Origin: the human T2T-CHM13v2.0 reference genome, Homo sapiens
Assembly: GCF_009914755.1 (NCBI RefSeq)
Contig: NC_060928.1
Direction: 5' to 3' (one strand)
Length of the DNA: 64,000 nucleotides
Positions within the stretch are counted from its first letter, which is position 1, and each line of letters opens with the position of its first letter. Below are positions 25,124 through 38,778 of this stretch, in pieces. The position numbers were made by a program, and so were the translations under genes. The notes beneath the pieces were generated by a model. That model was not told the DNA's origin. It ran no database searches and worked only from the letters and a program-made list of their open reading frames with translations.

Positions 25124-27845
25124 GTGCGTCATCCTTAACATGCTTCCTCCTCACTCAGCACCTCTGGCCTTGTTCTCTGTGACAGTGATGTTCCCCAAAT
25201 CCATGTGGTTTCTTCTCCACTTCTTTGCTGGTTTTTAACCAATGTCCTTCAGGCTTTGAGTCAAGTAAAGTTTTTCTTGGCTGCACTATCTAAAATCGCA
25301 AAATCCACCAGCAAAACAGCTCTTCCCTGCTTTGTTTTTATGTTTTTTGTTTTTTTCTCCACCCCACCCCACCCCGGCCCTTAGCATTTATCACTGTCTA
25401 ATAGACAACTCATTTTAACTGATCTTGTTGAGGGTCTATCTCTCACACTAGAACGTAATCTACGGCAACACAGAGTTTAGGTATCGCAGCACCAAAATAA
25501 GGCCTAACACATTGAAGATGTTCAATACATATTTATTAAACAGGTGAATTAATAAATGCTTTCAAAATTAAAAAAGAAAACTTTGTAAGCTGCTTTTTAC
25601 TTTGATATACTAGATTCTGTGGGTTCTGGTCTCAAAGCCATATCACTATTGTCTCTATTCTGCTAGTCAGTATGTAACATGGGCTCTACTTATGAATACA
25701 CATCACATCACTTTACACACAGAAAACCCTTTACTTCTCCAGACAGGGAAATAAAAGGTGTTTTAGATGTGCTTCAAAGGACTATCAGTTAATATACATT
25801 TTAGCTTAATTATTTGATCTTTTCATTTAATATACATTTAATGTATATTTTAGCTTAATTATTTGATCTTTTCAAATTCTGTCTCTGTGAAAATGGTATA
25901 ATTAATATGAAATCTAAAAAATTAAGCTAAATTCCTAGACAGTACTTAGTAGTGTTCTCTGTTAAGCAGAAGTTGAGTATGGCTTATTAAACTAAGAGAA
26001 AGGAGCATAGAGGTGGAATAAAAAGTGTAGTTTCCATATGTGGTTAACCTATTTCTCATTTACATTTCAACAGCTGCATGTGTCACTACAATTCTCCACA
26101 TAAGGTCCAAGCCAAAAATAATGTTATTCCCAGATAGCAAAGTTTTTCTGTACATGGGAAGTAATAAAAAAAAAATCGCAATGATGCCACCTAGATCTTT
26201 GAGAATAACATATTTAAAAAAAAAAGAGAACCTAAAGTTACTACATTAGATTACAATTAGCGAAATTCTACCTTAATAACAGATGTAGATATATTAGTTT
26301 TCGGACTACAGTGGTAAATTAAGAGTTGCAGGGTGTTTTATTCTTTTAAAGTATATTTTAGTTCTTAATCTAGCTACTCAGTTTCTGTTGTTTTTAATAA
26401 CAAACTTATTGAGTGAAACTCCATACAGTTGGTTCATTATTTTCCTATTCTTTATTTTAGGCCAAGTGTATTTGATAGTAGTAGTTTGAGTCATTATATA
26501 TTAAGAGAATAATGAACATTAGTGAGATATTTTTCTGTTGAATTTCAAGGTAGTCCTTTGCACAGTCAGGGTAGCACCAAAAAAGCCACTCTGACTATTC
26601 CATAGATGCCTTGTGGGGTGGGGTTACCTGGGTAATTTGTAATGATCCAGACCTTGACCTCCAGCCTTCTAGACTCAGTGGCCTGGTTTTCTAACACCCT
26701 AAAAGTTTTTTTTTCCTCTTAGAAAAAGATTTAAACTGCAAGCTCAAAACCCTGATATGTAAATCAGAATGGCCAATTTGTTAACCTACAGCAGCACATA
26801 AAAACATCAAATGTACAATGTATCGTTTACATCTGATCAGTATTTATCTCCTTATAGGTAAGCTACATAAAAAGGAGTTTGCTTGGTGAGCAATGGTGGA
26901 GTGAGGCTCATGATTTGAGTATTTCAAGATGTCAACTAAGGGCACCTCAACCAAATGCACCTCATGCCCACTGACTCAACAGGTCGAGACCTTAAGGAAA
27001 TGCGGCATTCCATTGCATAATGCTTCAGTAAGTACTCACTATTTTTGTCTTTCAAAATCTCTTTTTTTTTTCTTTTTTTGCTTTATGGCTACTATTTTCT
27101 TTCTTTAGATATGTTATTGCATTTAAATATGATTTTTACACTATTTTCACTTTAAATCATGATGGTTTAAACTCAAGACTTATTGTCCATAGGACACTAT
27201 TATTTCTCTCATTTTCAAGTTCTTGTAGGCAGAGGGTGTATATCTGTAGTAAATAACATATTTTGCTATATCCAATTTTTAAAAATATAAGCCAGAAACA
27301 TTGCTTCTCTATTAATTAACTGATGGGTCTGGTTTATTATCAGTCTAGTATCCTGAAGGATTTTAGAGATGTTGCCTTCTAGATTATTTGTCAAAATTAG
27401 GTGATTACGGGGTGTGGGGGTCCTAGATGATCATTCATTTTCTATTTTCCTAGAGATGACCCTGCTGCTCTTTTAGAGTTTATTTTTATCTGGAAGTGGG
27501 CTGAGGGAAGAGGTAGCTGTATACAGTCACACCCTGCATAATGACATTTCGGTCAACAACAGAGCACATATACAACAGTGGTCCCATCTATTATAAGGGA
27601 GCTGAAAAATTCCTATCACCTAATGACAGCAAAGCCATTGTTGTATCTTAGTGCAACTTATTACTCATGTGTTTGTGGTGACACTGGTGTAAACAAACCT
27701 ACTACGCTGCCAGTCATATAAAAGGGTAGCATATAAAATTATGTACAGTACATAATACTTGATAATAAATGAATATGTTACTGGTTTATGTATTTACTAT
27801 ACTACACTTTCATTGTTCTTTTAGAGTGTACTTCTCCTACTTATA

Positions 27846-28356
27846 GGCACTATTCACAATAGCAAAGACTTGGAACCAACCCAAATGTCCAACAATGATA
27901 GACTGGATTAAGAAATTGTGGCACATATACACCATGGAATAGTATGCAGCCATAAAAAATGATGAGTTCATGTCCTTTGTAGGGACATGGATGAAGTTGG
28001 AAACCATCATTCTCAGCAAACTATTGCAAGGACAAAAAACCAAACACCACATGTTCTCACTCACAGGTGGGAATTGAACAATGAGAACACTTGGACACAG
28101 GAAGGGGAACACATGGACATGAGAACATGAACAGGAACATGAACAGGAACAATGAGAACACATGGACACACACCGGGGCCTGCTGTGGGGTGGGGGGAGG
28201 GAGGAGGGATAGCATTTGGAGATATACCTAATGCTAAATGACGAGTTAATGGGTGCAGCACACCAACATGGCACATGTATACATATGCAACAAACCTGCA
28301 CGTTGTGCACATGTACCCTAGAACTTAAAGTATAATAATAATAAAATTAAAAAAAA
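27846..28356 (+). mobile_element. 5'-truncated young L1 (L1PA3/4-like) 3' end
   Basis: GCACTATTCACAATAGCAAAGACTTGGAACCAACCC...G-rich tract...GTACCCTAGAACTTAAAGTATAATAATAAT plus A-rich tail. Confidence 0.96.
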
Positions 28357-28954
28357 TTAACTGTAAAACAGCCTCAGGTCCTTCAGGAAGTATTCCAGAA
28401 GAAGGCACCGTTATCATAGGAGATGATAGCACCATGCATGTAATTGTCCCTAAAGACCTTCCAATGGGACAAGAAGTGGAGGTGGAAGACAGTGATATTG
28501 ATGATCCTCACCCTGTGTAGGCCTAGGCTAATGAGTGCATTTGTGTCTTTGTTTTTAACAAAGCACATTTAAAAAGTAAAAAAAATTAGAAAATTAAAAA
28601 TAGGAAAAAAGCTTATAGAATAAGAATGTAAAAAAAATTATTTTTGTACAGCTGTACAATGTGTTTGTGTTTTAAGCTAAATGGTATTACAAAAGAGGCA
28701 AAAAGTTTTAGGAAATTAAAAAGCTTATAAAGTAAAAAGTTCATGGTAAGCTATGGTTAATTTATTAATGAGGAAAGATAAGTTTTTAAAAATAAATTTA
28801 GTGTAGCCTAAGTGTGCAGAGTTTATGAAGTCTGCAGTAGTATACAGCAATGTCCTAGGCCTTCACATTCACTCATCACTCACTCACTGACTCACCCAGA
28901 GCAACTTCCAGTCCTGCAAGCTCTGTTCATGGTTAGTGCCCTATATAGGCGTAG

Positions 28955-29281
<327 letters not shown>

Positions 29282-32200
29282 TAGCCTGGGAGCAATAGGC
29301 TATACCATAGAGCCTGAGTGTGTAGTAAGCTATACCATCTAGGTTTGTGCATGTGCACTCTATGATGAAATCACCTAACAACACATTTACAGAAAAGTAT
29401 CACCGCCATTAAGTGACACGTGACTGTACTCTTAAGGTGAACATTACTAAAGTAGCTCCAGAAAAATGGCTCCATGCACCCACTCTAGGCTCTCCTTTGA
29501 CTTTACTGAATGCTAACCAGACTCACCACCCATGCTGGTTACTTTATATGTAGACCCTCTGCCAACTGCCTGGACTTCTAGTCTCAGCCTGTGGAGGGCA
29601 TATGGTCCTTTGATCTTTAAATAAAAATGGCTTGAAGTTCCAACGTGTCCTCACAAAATAAGTGGCACTTTCTCCTGGTCACTTTTTCTTCTAAATTCCT
29701 TTTTCCATTCAAGTTTCTACTTTTCTTGAGCCTTTCCACTACCAACTGGGGACTCCGTTCTTCTCCAGGTCAATGGAATCCAGCCACTTTTTTATTTCCT
29801 CAAATGCCACTCATATACTTTAGTGATAGGTTTATTAAGAATGATCTGTAGCTCATTCAACAAGGTTGGGGGAGCTACATTGAAGAACAGTTATCATCTC
29901 CTTAGATGTTTAAGTCGTACAGCCTAGCCCAACATTAAGAAGAAAAAAAAAAACTTATTTTAAAAAATCTTACACTAAATACTAACCATTTGGTTCCTAA
30001 GATTCCACCAGTCATTCCTTCTTCCAGGCACTGCTCTCTTAATGTTCTTTTTTCTCAGGTCCCAGGCCCCTGCCCTTGTGCTCTGTCTGGGCTGGCTTCT
30101 CCCCAACTTTCCTCCTCTGCACCCCTCTGTCCTCTCTATTCCTGCTCGTAATACCTTCCCTCTTGGGCCGCTGTTGGAAACCCAGATTTATGTTAGGATG
30201 TAAAATTTAATTAATTTCTCAATTGTCAACTACCCTATCAATGTGCTGAGGGTTTTCTTTTTACAACCAAAGTCAGCGGTCAAGTTGATTTGCTTCTAAA
30301 AGATAATTCTATTTCAGAATAATTCTCCTATCAGCTTTTATTTTTTGTGCCCTTTACGTGCCCCCAATCATGACTACAGGTATGCTAAACCCAAAACTGG
30401 GGATGTTCAACCATGGTGCTTGTTAACCCATCCTGATGTGCCTTGATTCCTAGGCTTTTGATTATCTGGGACTCCTAATTGAATGAGTACATTTGCCCAG
30501 CCTTCTTAATAAACACATGCAAAAACATTCACACTTTTTTCCCTTTTGCTTTACAGAACAGTCTGTAGTGTATTGTTCTTTAAAGGCTTACTCAAAATAC
30601 TCTTACTTATTTCTATAAGATCCATATAGGGTTTTTGACATGTTTGTAAGGATGCTAAAAACCAGAAAACAGTCCTAAACAGCTGTTTGTTCCTATTCTT
30701 TAAAGCCTCTGGTTATTTTTTGACCTAATGTTCTGCCAAGAAATAAAATAATTTGAATAATAAAGTCCTAAGTACACCATGATCACCATCTTTAAATAGT
30801 GGGGCCAAATTTCCTCTGCACATCCAAGAGATCTAGAAACACTATTTACATTTCTGAGCTAAGGGGAAAATAAAGAAAAAAAGAAATATTTTTCTCCTGG
30901 TTTTTTATGGCATGGGAAACTGAAAAAAGAAAATGTTCTCTAAAGCTGGATAGTACTTGCTAGCAAAACATGCATTTCATTACTGGTGGGAGTTTCACAG
31001 TGTTCAGCAGAGGGTTGCTCGTTATCCAGTGGATTATAGATGGGCTCTATTCTGAAATTGCTGGGCAGCTTAACTGTGAACCTCAGGGAAGTAAGGGGTT
31101 AGGATACCATGATGTGATTGCGGAAATAGACACCATCAGAGTTTGAACATATTATACAAAGAAATAATATGATTCCTAGGAAAAGATCTAGGGAAAAATT
31201 AAGTTTTTATTTTGGGCCAGTGTAATCTCACATTCAAAGGAAACTTCCCTGCATTCATTCAGACGTTGGTCTCAGGAGCCACTTAGATAACAAGGAGGTT
31301 GGAACAGAAAAAGTAATTTCAACATTGGCAACTAAAAAAAGTTAACTTTTGTTCTTGGGTTTTGGCTATAATTTTGCGGGGGGGCAGTTGAGGGGCCTCT
31401 GTAATGAGTCAAATTATAAAACTTTTACATAAAATGTTTGCAAAGTACTTAGACAAATTGAGTTATTCTTTTCCAAGAGATTTTCCTGCAAATTTCAGTC
31501 ATGCACATTTGGTTCGTTGACATACCTTGGGCTAGATTACAAACAGTTTTTATTAAAAACTAATTTTCAGGCTTTTATCAATCCAGCATCTGGAACGTTG
31601 TGCATTTGAACTTGCATTTTTCCATAGGTAGGTAACCCAATTATAATAATTACATTATGGAAAATTTATGACCTTCTTCTTTGCTACTCAGAATTTATTT
31701 TACCTGCTCAGAGTAAATTGTTGAGAATCCGAGAATCACAATCATTGCTGAGAGTGGCCCAAAAGTATTTTCCAATCCCATTGCTATGTGGGCATGGGAT
31801 GCTTCAGAATATAAATTATCATCCATTTTAAAATCATCTAGCCAACACGCCAAATTCTACAAAGGTATTATTCGAATGAAAAAATTATAAATACTTAAAA
31901 CAAAAATAAGAAGAGGGCTTTTTTGGCATCTATTTCTTTGTTGTTCACTTAAGTCATTTTTCTTATTGTCAACTGAAGTCCCCTTCCTTTATTTCTGTCT
32001 AAAAGTGAGTTATTAGTAAGATAAGAAAGTAAAAACTGGGACATAAACTATATTCAGGTATAAAATATTCCAATAAGAAAGTAAAAGTTTACTACTCCCT
32101 AGAAGTAAAAAATGGCCAGGGTTGTTGAACTATGGAATGTTAAGTGTCCCCAGGTGACTTTGCAACAGTCAAGAAGGGTGAATGTGCAAATCTGGCTCAT

Positions 32201-35161
32201 CTTCGCAAGAAGGATTTTGTTCAATATTTTGATATGCTTCATTCTACAAAATTAAGTTAATTTGGAGGGATTAGTCACAGTTAGTCGTGATGCTTAGAAG
32301 AAACATAAACTGTCAAAAGCAGCTGTGCTCTCAGTTTTATTATCATTTGAATAGTTTTCTAAACACTTAAAAGCCCTAAGGCCTTAAAACTAAAGTTAAA
32401 TCCTAATGCCTGTTATTTTTGAAGAGATGACTTCCACTGCATACCTTGGGTATCTATGAGTCTTTTACATTTCATAAAATTAGGAGCTCATAATGATGAA
32501 CTGGAAATATCCTATTTAGTCTTTACAACTGTAGAAAACTGAATTCGTAAACTTAGCACTGTGGAGATCTGTGCTCGTGGGAGAGAAAGGATCATTTACT
32601 CAGTTGGCATGCACCAAACACTACACCACATTGGTAAATAACTATTGTAACTCTAAACATCTCTGTTTGTTGTCTGTGATTAATTCATTCTATACACGTA
32701 TATCTATTCTCCCCCTCTATCTCTCTATCATGATTTATATCTGTGAACACGTGTATGTGTAGTTTATGCATGTATCCACACATAAAGATGTATACATATA
32801 TATCTATATATACATGTGGGTATGTGTTCCTTTCCTTCTTTTAACATTTAACGTATTTCACAAGCTTAAAAAAGACTATTGCATACCACTAAGAAAATTA
32901 TGTGACTCATTCACTAAAATTATTTTTAATAGTGTGAGGCACGTAAGTTGTTCAATTTATCATGAGCACAATTGATTGATTCATACCCCAAATGGATACT
33001 GTGCAGAATATTATAGGCTTCCCTCTCTATCCTTGGGCTATGATTTATAACTTTCTGACAAATTTATTTGAATCCGTGAAAAAATGATTGAATGATTTCA
33101 GCCTATATTTAAGTGTTATTGGAGGCAATAAATCATACTTTGAAAGACTTATGGTACTAGAGAATTGCTCTTCACAAGTTGACAGAATTCACTTTTAAGT
33201 GGCTTCATCCAGCACTGTGGTGGTCCTTGTAAATAAAGGAACTAATCCCTACTCACTCATGGAATTTAATAGTGTATAATTGGACCATTGGCCTTAATAT
33301 CTCAACACAGTTACCAGAGACTTTTTTTTTTAATGTGGCTCTTGGAATGTCACCTGCTTTTCCTTACCTTCCATTTAGGAAGAGAATGAGATGTCTATCT
33401 GACATATCTGAGTGCCTTAGAATTATGGGAAGCAGGCCATGGAGTTAAAAAAATGTGCTTTATAATTGTGTAAATGAAATGTGTATTTCCATGAATAGGC
33501 AGTGGGAAAACCTTATGAGAGAAACACAGAACGAAAGCACACTTAGAAAGAGGAGAGATTTTCCAATATCGATGAGGGATTTAAATGATGACCAATACTA
33601 AGAGATTTCATAGTTTTTGGAGAGTAAGAGAAGTACAGGAATTAATGGGCAGAACACAGCAGTCAGAATGTGCATTGCAGTAATGCCTTGTATCAATATC
33701 TATATTGTTTTATATCATAACTGAATAATGACAACATAATGCTAGAAATTGGAAATGGGTTGAAAGAAAAGCTCAAAGCCTAAGTAATTCTGGCAAACAG
33801 AATTATTTCAAAATAATTTCTGCTTTTTTCTTTTTACACTTTAAGTGTGTGCAGTACTCAATCGATGCATTCCTTTCAGTTTAAATCTGAAAGTAACTGC
33901 TCTGAACAAGTCGGGATAGAATGGCCTTTGTGGAGAACAAACATAGCCAGTAACTGCCCCAGTCCTCTCCCCATGATTCGAAGGAAAGTCTGATTTATGG
34001 CTTCATCTCTGCTGTTGGACAGAGAGGCCTCAGCCCATTGGAAATCTCCAGAGCCGTGGGAGAGGGGTGAGGCTGTGGTCCACCACAGTTGAGGATTTTC
34101 AAGGCCTCGTTTTCTTTTGGCCAAGTCCAAATGGTAACAGTGTGTTACGGCCTGACTTACTGACTCTAGCTGGGCTAGGAAACTATAGATTCTAAATGGC
34201 ATCTCTGTGATTTAAGACAGTATACATAATCAGCTTTCTTTTTTAAAATTTGCCAGTTACACATGAATGTTTCATGGAAAATAAGTCAATTGTAGCGTTC
34301 CCCATTTTTCAAAAAAGCAAAGGATTTTTTTTCTTTTACAATATGAGTAGGAAATGGAGCATAATGGGAAGCCAAATTGATCAATTGTTGTTTCTAAGTA
34401 GAGTGATTTTAAGATTTGATTTGGGAAGAACTGTTTCAATTTACTCTGCTGTCCAGCCATATTTTTAATAATGCCCCCCTTTCAATCTCAAAAGTCTTCA
34501 AGCTTAGGCAACAAATTCTAAGATCATCCTATTTTTACATATATAGATACCTTTTGATTTTCAGGTAGGCGTAATATTTTTAAATGGTAGCGTACTGAAA
34601 ACAGGCTAGGATTTTAAAAGATGTAGAAATTTGCTTTTTGAAACTCTTCCCACCAAATGAAAATCATCCCCAGTACCCTAGAGAAGCTCACCCAGACACT
34701 TCTACAGTTTTAGGAACTAATTTATGAAATAAAGACTCTACCAAGGAAATTCTTGTGTTCTCATATTTTATTCTTAAATTATTTCAATGAGAATGCTTTT
34801 TTTTTTTCTACAAGAGCAGGACAAGTGAATTTCCCTTTTCTATACCTTTTTTATCCATATATGAATTGAGGAGCATCTTGAAAATGTGATTTTCAATGTG
34901 CAATAAGAGGTCATTTCAACCTACTGAAATACAGAAGTGATTAAAGTAGAAGAGGAAGGATGATCAGAAGAAGAGGTGAGATTAAGAACACTCTGACTAT
35001 AGAGCTGACCTGCAGGTGGGATCAGTAACATTTTTGTCTCAGATCTATGCTTTTTTCATTTACTCTTCGTGCAAAGTTGGGATCATGGTTTCCAGATTTC
35101 ACTGTTAGTTTTTAGTTTAAAAGCAATTGTAAGCCAGTTTTACCTTCAAATAAAAGTAGAA

Positions 35162-35487
35162 GGTTGAGCATGGTTCATGCCTGTAATCCCAGTGCTTTGG
35201 GAGGCCAAGGCATAAGGATTGCTTTAGGCCAGGAGATCAAGACCAACCTGGGCACCATAGTGAAGCCCTGTCTCTTCAAAACTAAAAACTAAAAACAAAA
35301 CAAACAAAAAAACACAAAACACACTTGGGTGTTGTGGCATGATCCTGCAGTCCTAGCTACTTGGGAGGCTGAGGTGAGAGAATCGCTTGAGCAGTAGTTT
35401 GACGTTACAGTGAACTATAATCATGCCACTGCACTCCATCCTGGGCAACAGAGAAAGAGACCCTATTTCTAAAAATAATAATAATTT
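35162..35487 (+). mobile_element. AluJ (Jo-like)
   Basis: Diverged dimer, expanded A-rich linker, TSD AAAAGTAGA. Confidence 0.92.
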
Positions 35488-35649
35488 TAAAAAGTAGATT
35501 TTCAGTTACAGCAGAAGTATAGCTGTATAAAACCCACTGTAATCTAACTTACTTGATTAAATTATACTACAGTTACTATACTCAACATCTTAATTATAAG
35601 AACTAAAACCAGATTAAACTACATCAGTATTTTGGGGTAGGTCTATAGT

Positions 35650-36365
35650 GGGCATCTATAGTTTTGTCTGTTCACCTTTCTGTCCTTCCATCTGTGGGAC
35701 CAGCCCTGCCACCTGGAGGCTAGAGGAAGACCTGCCCCAAGTGCCAGCAAGATATCCTCCTTTCTGTCCTAATTGGTTGGTTGAAGTACAGACATCTGAC
35801 CCAAACTGAGCCAACCTGAGACCTCCTTTGGGATTCTTCATACTGTAATTGAAAAAGAATTAGTATCTATCATGTGGAGAGACTATGAGATATGAAATGT
35901 GTGAGCTGCCACTGTCATGTGACAGCAATTGTCTATAGGTCTCAAGAATGAAGCTAGAACAGAGAAAGAAATAGAATCAAACTGGAAGGAGGATAAAACA
36001 GGATTTTCTCACTGGTTCCAGGTTTTCTGATGAACAGTTTTCCCTCTGTCCATGCCACTTTCTTATTCATTTTTTTCTTTTTTGAGATGGAGTTTCACTC
36101 TGTCATCCAGGCTGGAGTGCAGTGGCACAATCTTGGCTCACTGCAACCTCCGCCTCTGGGGTGCGGTGGCTCATGCCTGTAATCCCAGCACTTTGGAAGG
36201 TTGAGGTGGGCAGATCACTTGAGGTCAGGAATTTGAGACCAGCCTGGCCAACACGGTGAAACACCTTCTCATTCTTTAGCTCTTTCTTGAACTCAGTGAT
36301 CCAGTAAAGTCCCTCCCTTGGTCTAAATGAGTTTGAGTTTGAGTTTGAATCCTGATGCATAAAGG
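35650..36365. mobile_element. Old LTR (MLT1/LTR16-class), interrupted by the rearranged Alu
   Basis: AATTGGTT...CATCTGACCCAAACTGAGCCAA and terminal AGTTTGAGTT motifs typical of old ERVL/MaLR LTRs. Confidence 0.5.
36069..36265 (-). mobile_element. AluS with 5' inversion and internal deletion
   Basis: Antisense tail and right-arm end (36069-36157) fused to a sense left arm (36158-36265); flanks TTCTTATTC / TTCTCATTC. Confidence 0.88.
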
Positions 36366-36797
36366 ACCAGTATGATCTCAGCTACAGTTGTACTCTCTTT
36401 AAAAAATACCTACTATTAGACAGAATAGTGGCAGCGGCAACTTTTTAATGTTAGTATCTGGTAGCTACAGAACAGCCAAGTGTAAGTTCTGGAGAAGAGA
36501 AGAAAGATTATAGCAAGAGAGAAAGAATGAAAATTCAGGAACAGTCATTGACTGCCAGCACAAAGACAAAAGATTGCTATTTTGAGATTTGGTGCTAAGA
36601 GGAAGGCTCTTAAAAATAAATGGAGGTAAATGGATTTGTTATAAAAAGTAGCAGGGAATGTAATTAGAGAAGGATTCAGGGAATTTGTTTTGAGTGCACC
36701 AAAGCACCCATCAAACATTTTTGATATTATAGTAATTAAAAGAAAAGGCTGCATTTTAAGTGTGTGATAGAATTGGGGCCCAGTTAGGTTTAAAATA

Positions 36798-37146
36798 CAG
36801 TCATGCATCCCTTAACGATGGGGATACTTTCTGAGAACTGCGTTGCATTAGACAGTTTCATCATGCAAACATCATAGAGCGTACTTACACAAACCTAGAT
36901 GGGTTTGCGTAAGTAATACACACCTGCGCTAATTGGTATAGCCTAGTGCTCCTAAGCTGCAAACCTGTTCAGCATGTTACTATACTGAATACTGTAGGCA
37001 ATTGTAACACAATAATAAGAAGCTGTGTATCTAAACATATCCACAAACAGAAAAGGTACAGTAAAAATACAGTATTATAAGCTTTTGGGACCACTGTCAT
37101 ATATGTGGTCTGTCATTGACTGAAAAGTCTTTATGCAGCATGACTG
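36798..37146. mobile_element. Tigger3a (MER7A), full length, opposite orientation to the Tigger3b
   Basis: TA|CAGTCATGCATCCCTTAACGATGGGGATAC...TTATGCAGCATGACTG, 349 bp. Confidence 0.93.
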
Positions 37147-37164
37147 TGCAAAATGTTTTAGCCA

Positions 37165-37465
37165 CGATAGGTTAGATCTGGCTTCGTAATATGCAATTAC
37201 AATGTCTCAGAGACTCAAGAAAACAAACATTTAGTTCTTTCTGTGGGTCCAGGACAGATGCATATCAACATATGCTGGAGAAGGGAAGGCTAGAGAGTCT
37301 TGCGCCATTAATTAAACGCTTTTGCTAAGATGTGACATCATTTCCATGGACATATAGTTGCTGAAACAAGTTACGTGGCCATGCCAAGCTTTGAAAGCGA
37401 TGGGAAGTATAAACTTTCCATGTCCCTGAAGGAGATAGCCATTAGTGGCACGAATGTCTGCCACA
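37165..37465 (-). mobile_element. Old MLT1 (J/K-like) LTR remnant
   Basis: AACAAACATTTA...ACAAGTTACGTGGCCATGCC...GGGAAGTATAA...TCTGCCACA. Confidence 0.5.
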
Positions 37466-38778
37466 ATTGAATTATGAACAGAAAACCTGGAACACTAGGT
37501 CATAATACCAAATTTTCCACTTCTTAGCTCTCAATCCACTTGGCTCCCCACTGGGAAAGTTTTGCTTTGATTTGAAAGTGGCTTAACACCTCTAGTCTAT
37601 GTGGATTCTCTAAGCCCTGTTCCTCCACCTGTAGGAAGAAGTTAATCATGCTTCTCAGATATTACTGTTGTAAGGATTAAAAGCAACTTGAAAACACTGT
37701 TCAAATATAAAACAGGTAATAGTGTTAATAGTTGGGTTTTTGCATTCCCCAACCTCCAATTTCTCATGAAACACTATTTTTTGATTGATTATTCATATGG
37801 TGCTACTTTAACATGTAAAAACATCCTGTTAATAAGAAGATACATTAAGTAACAAATGACCTTGAATAATATTTAAAGCCATAAAATTTCTTCATTACTT
37901 ATGATGGCTTACATCAAATATGTTTTTGCTTTCCACTCAAGCAGCTTAGAAATTGTGACCTTCTTCATAAACTTGGGTTATTAAAGAGGCTCACTTCCAT
38001 TAATTAAAAAACATTAACTACATCATTAGAGTTTTTGTGTGCTGGTTTACCTTTTCTAAATGCACACATTTCTTCTTTAATCCCAATTTCACAATAAGAA
38101 GAAAGTTAGTTCATTTTTTTAGAAAGATATTTTGCTGGTTTCCTTAAGATACTTAAGTATACATTCCTCAGTGCCACAAATGTCAAAATGCAAAATGTAA
38201 GTATTGTTTACCTAACATATATATAAATCTTAGATTGTTCCTTCAAAGTTTATTTTAATTATGATAGAGATATAAATGAGGCAAACTATTATGTCTTCTT
38301 TGAATTCTCAGTAGGAAACTTTTGCTCAGTTTCAGGCAGTTGTATTTCACTGTGAATCATTAAGAAAATTTCCACTGATCTGTGACATAATATTTTAATC
38401 TCCTGGGGCTTTATAACTTGATTTATAATGTTGAGGTTGAAAGACTAATTTCAAATAAGGCATTAAAATTACACATAAATGTTCTTTTAATTAAAAAAAG
38501 TAGACAACTTTATAACATGCACTTTGTCATACAAGAAATTAGGTAAGGGAAGTGGGCTTCTTGTAGATGATTTAGATAAATCCAGAGAATTAGATTATGT
38601 GGATAATGGCTTCAGAAAAGATGTCTTCTATATCCCCAGAGTATTTCTCCTTTTCTATCATTTTCACTTTAAAAAAAATTCACTCCTGATGCTTGACTAA
38701 AGTGTATTTTTTCATCGCCTCTTTTCTTCTAATTTCTAAATCAGATTACACATCTTAACCATTTTGTTTTTTCCATTC

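Noticed and set aside
28076-28170. GAACA-containing repeats as a CRISPR-like or minisatellite array
   Set aside because: No constant repeat/spacer period, eukaryotic context, and fully explained by local templated copying
27837-28312. 157-aa Cys-rich ORF with CSCSCSCS
   Set aside because: Antisense reading of the L1PA 3' end; the CS repeat comes from the patchwork insertion
33876-34202. 108-aa - strand ORF and a possible + strand exon at 33880-34066
   Set aside because: No recognisable domain and only moderate splice signals; not distinguishable from chance
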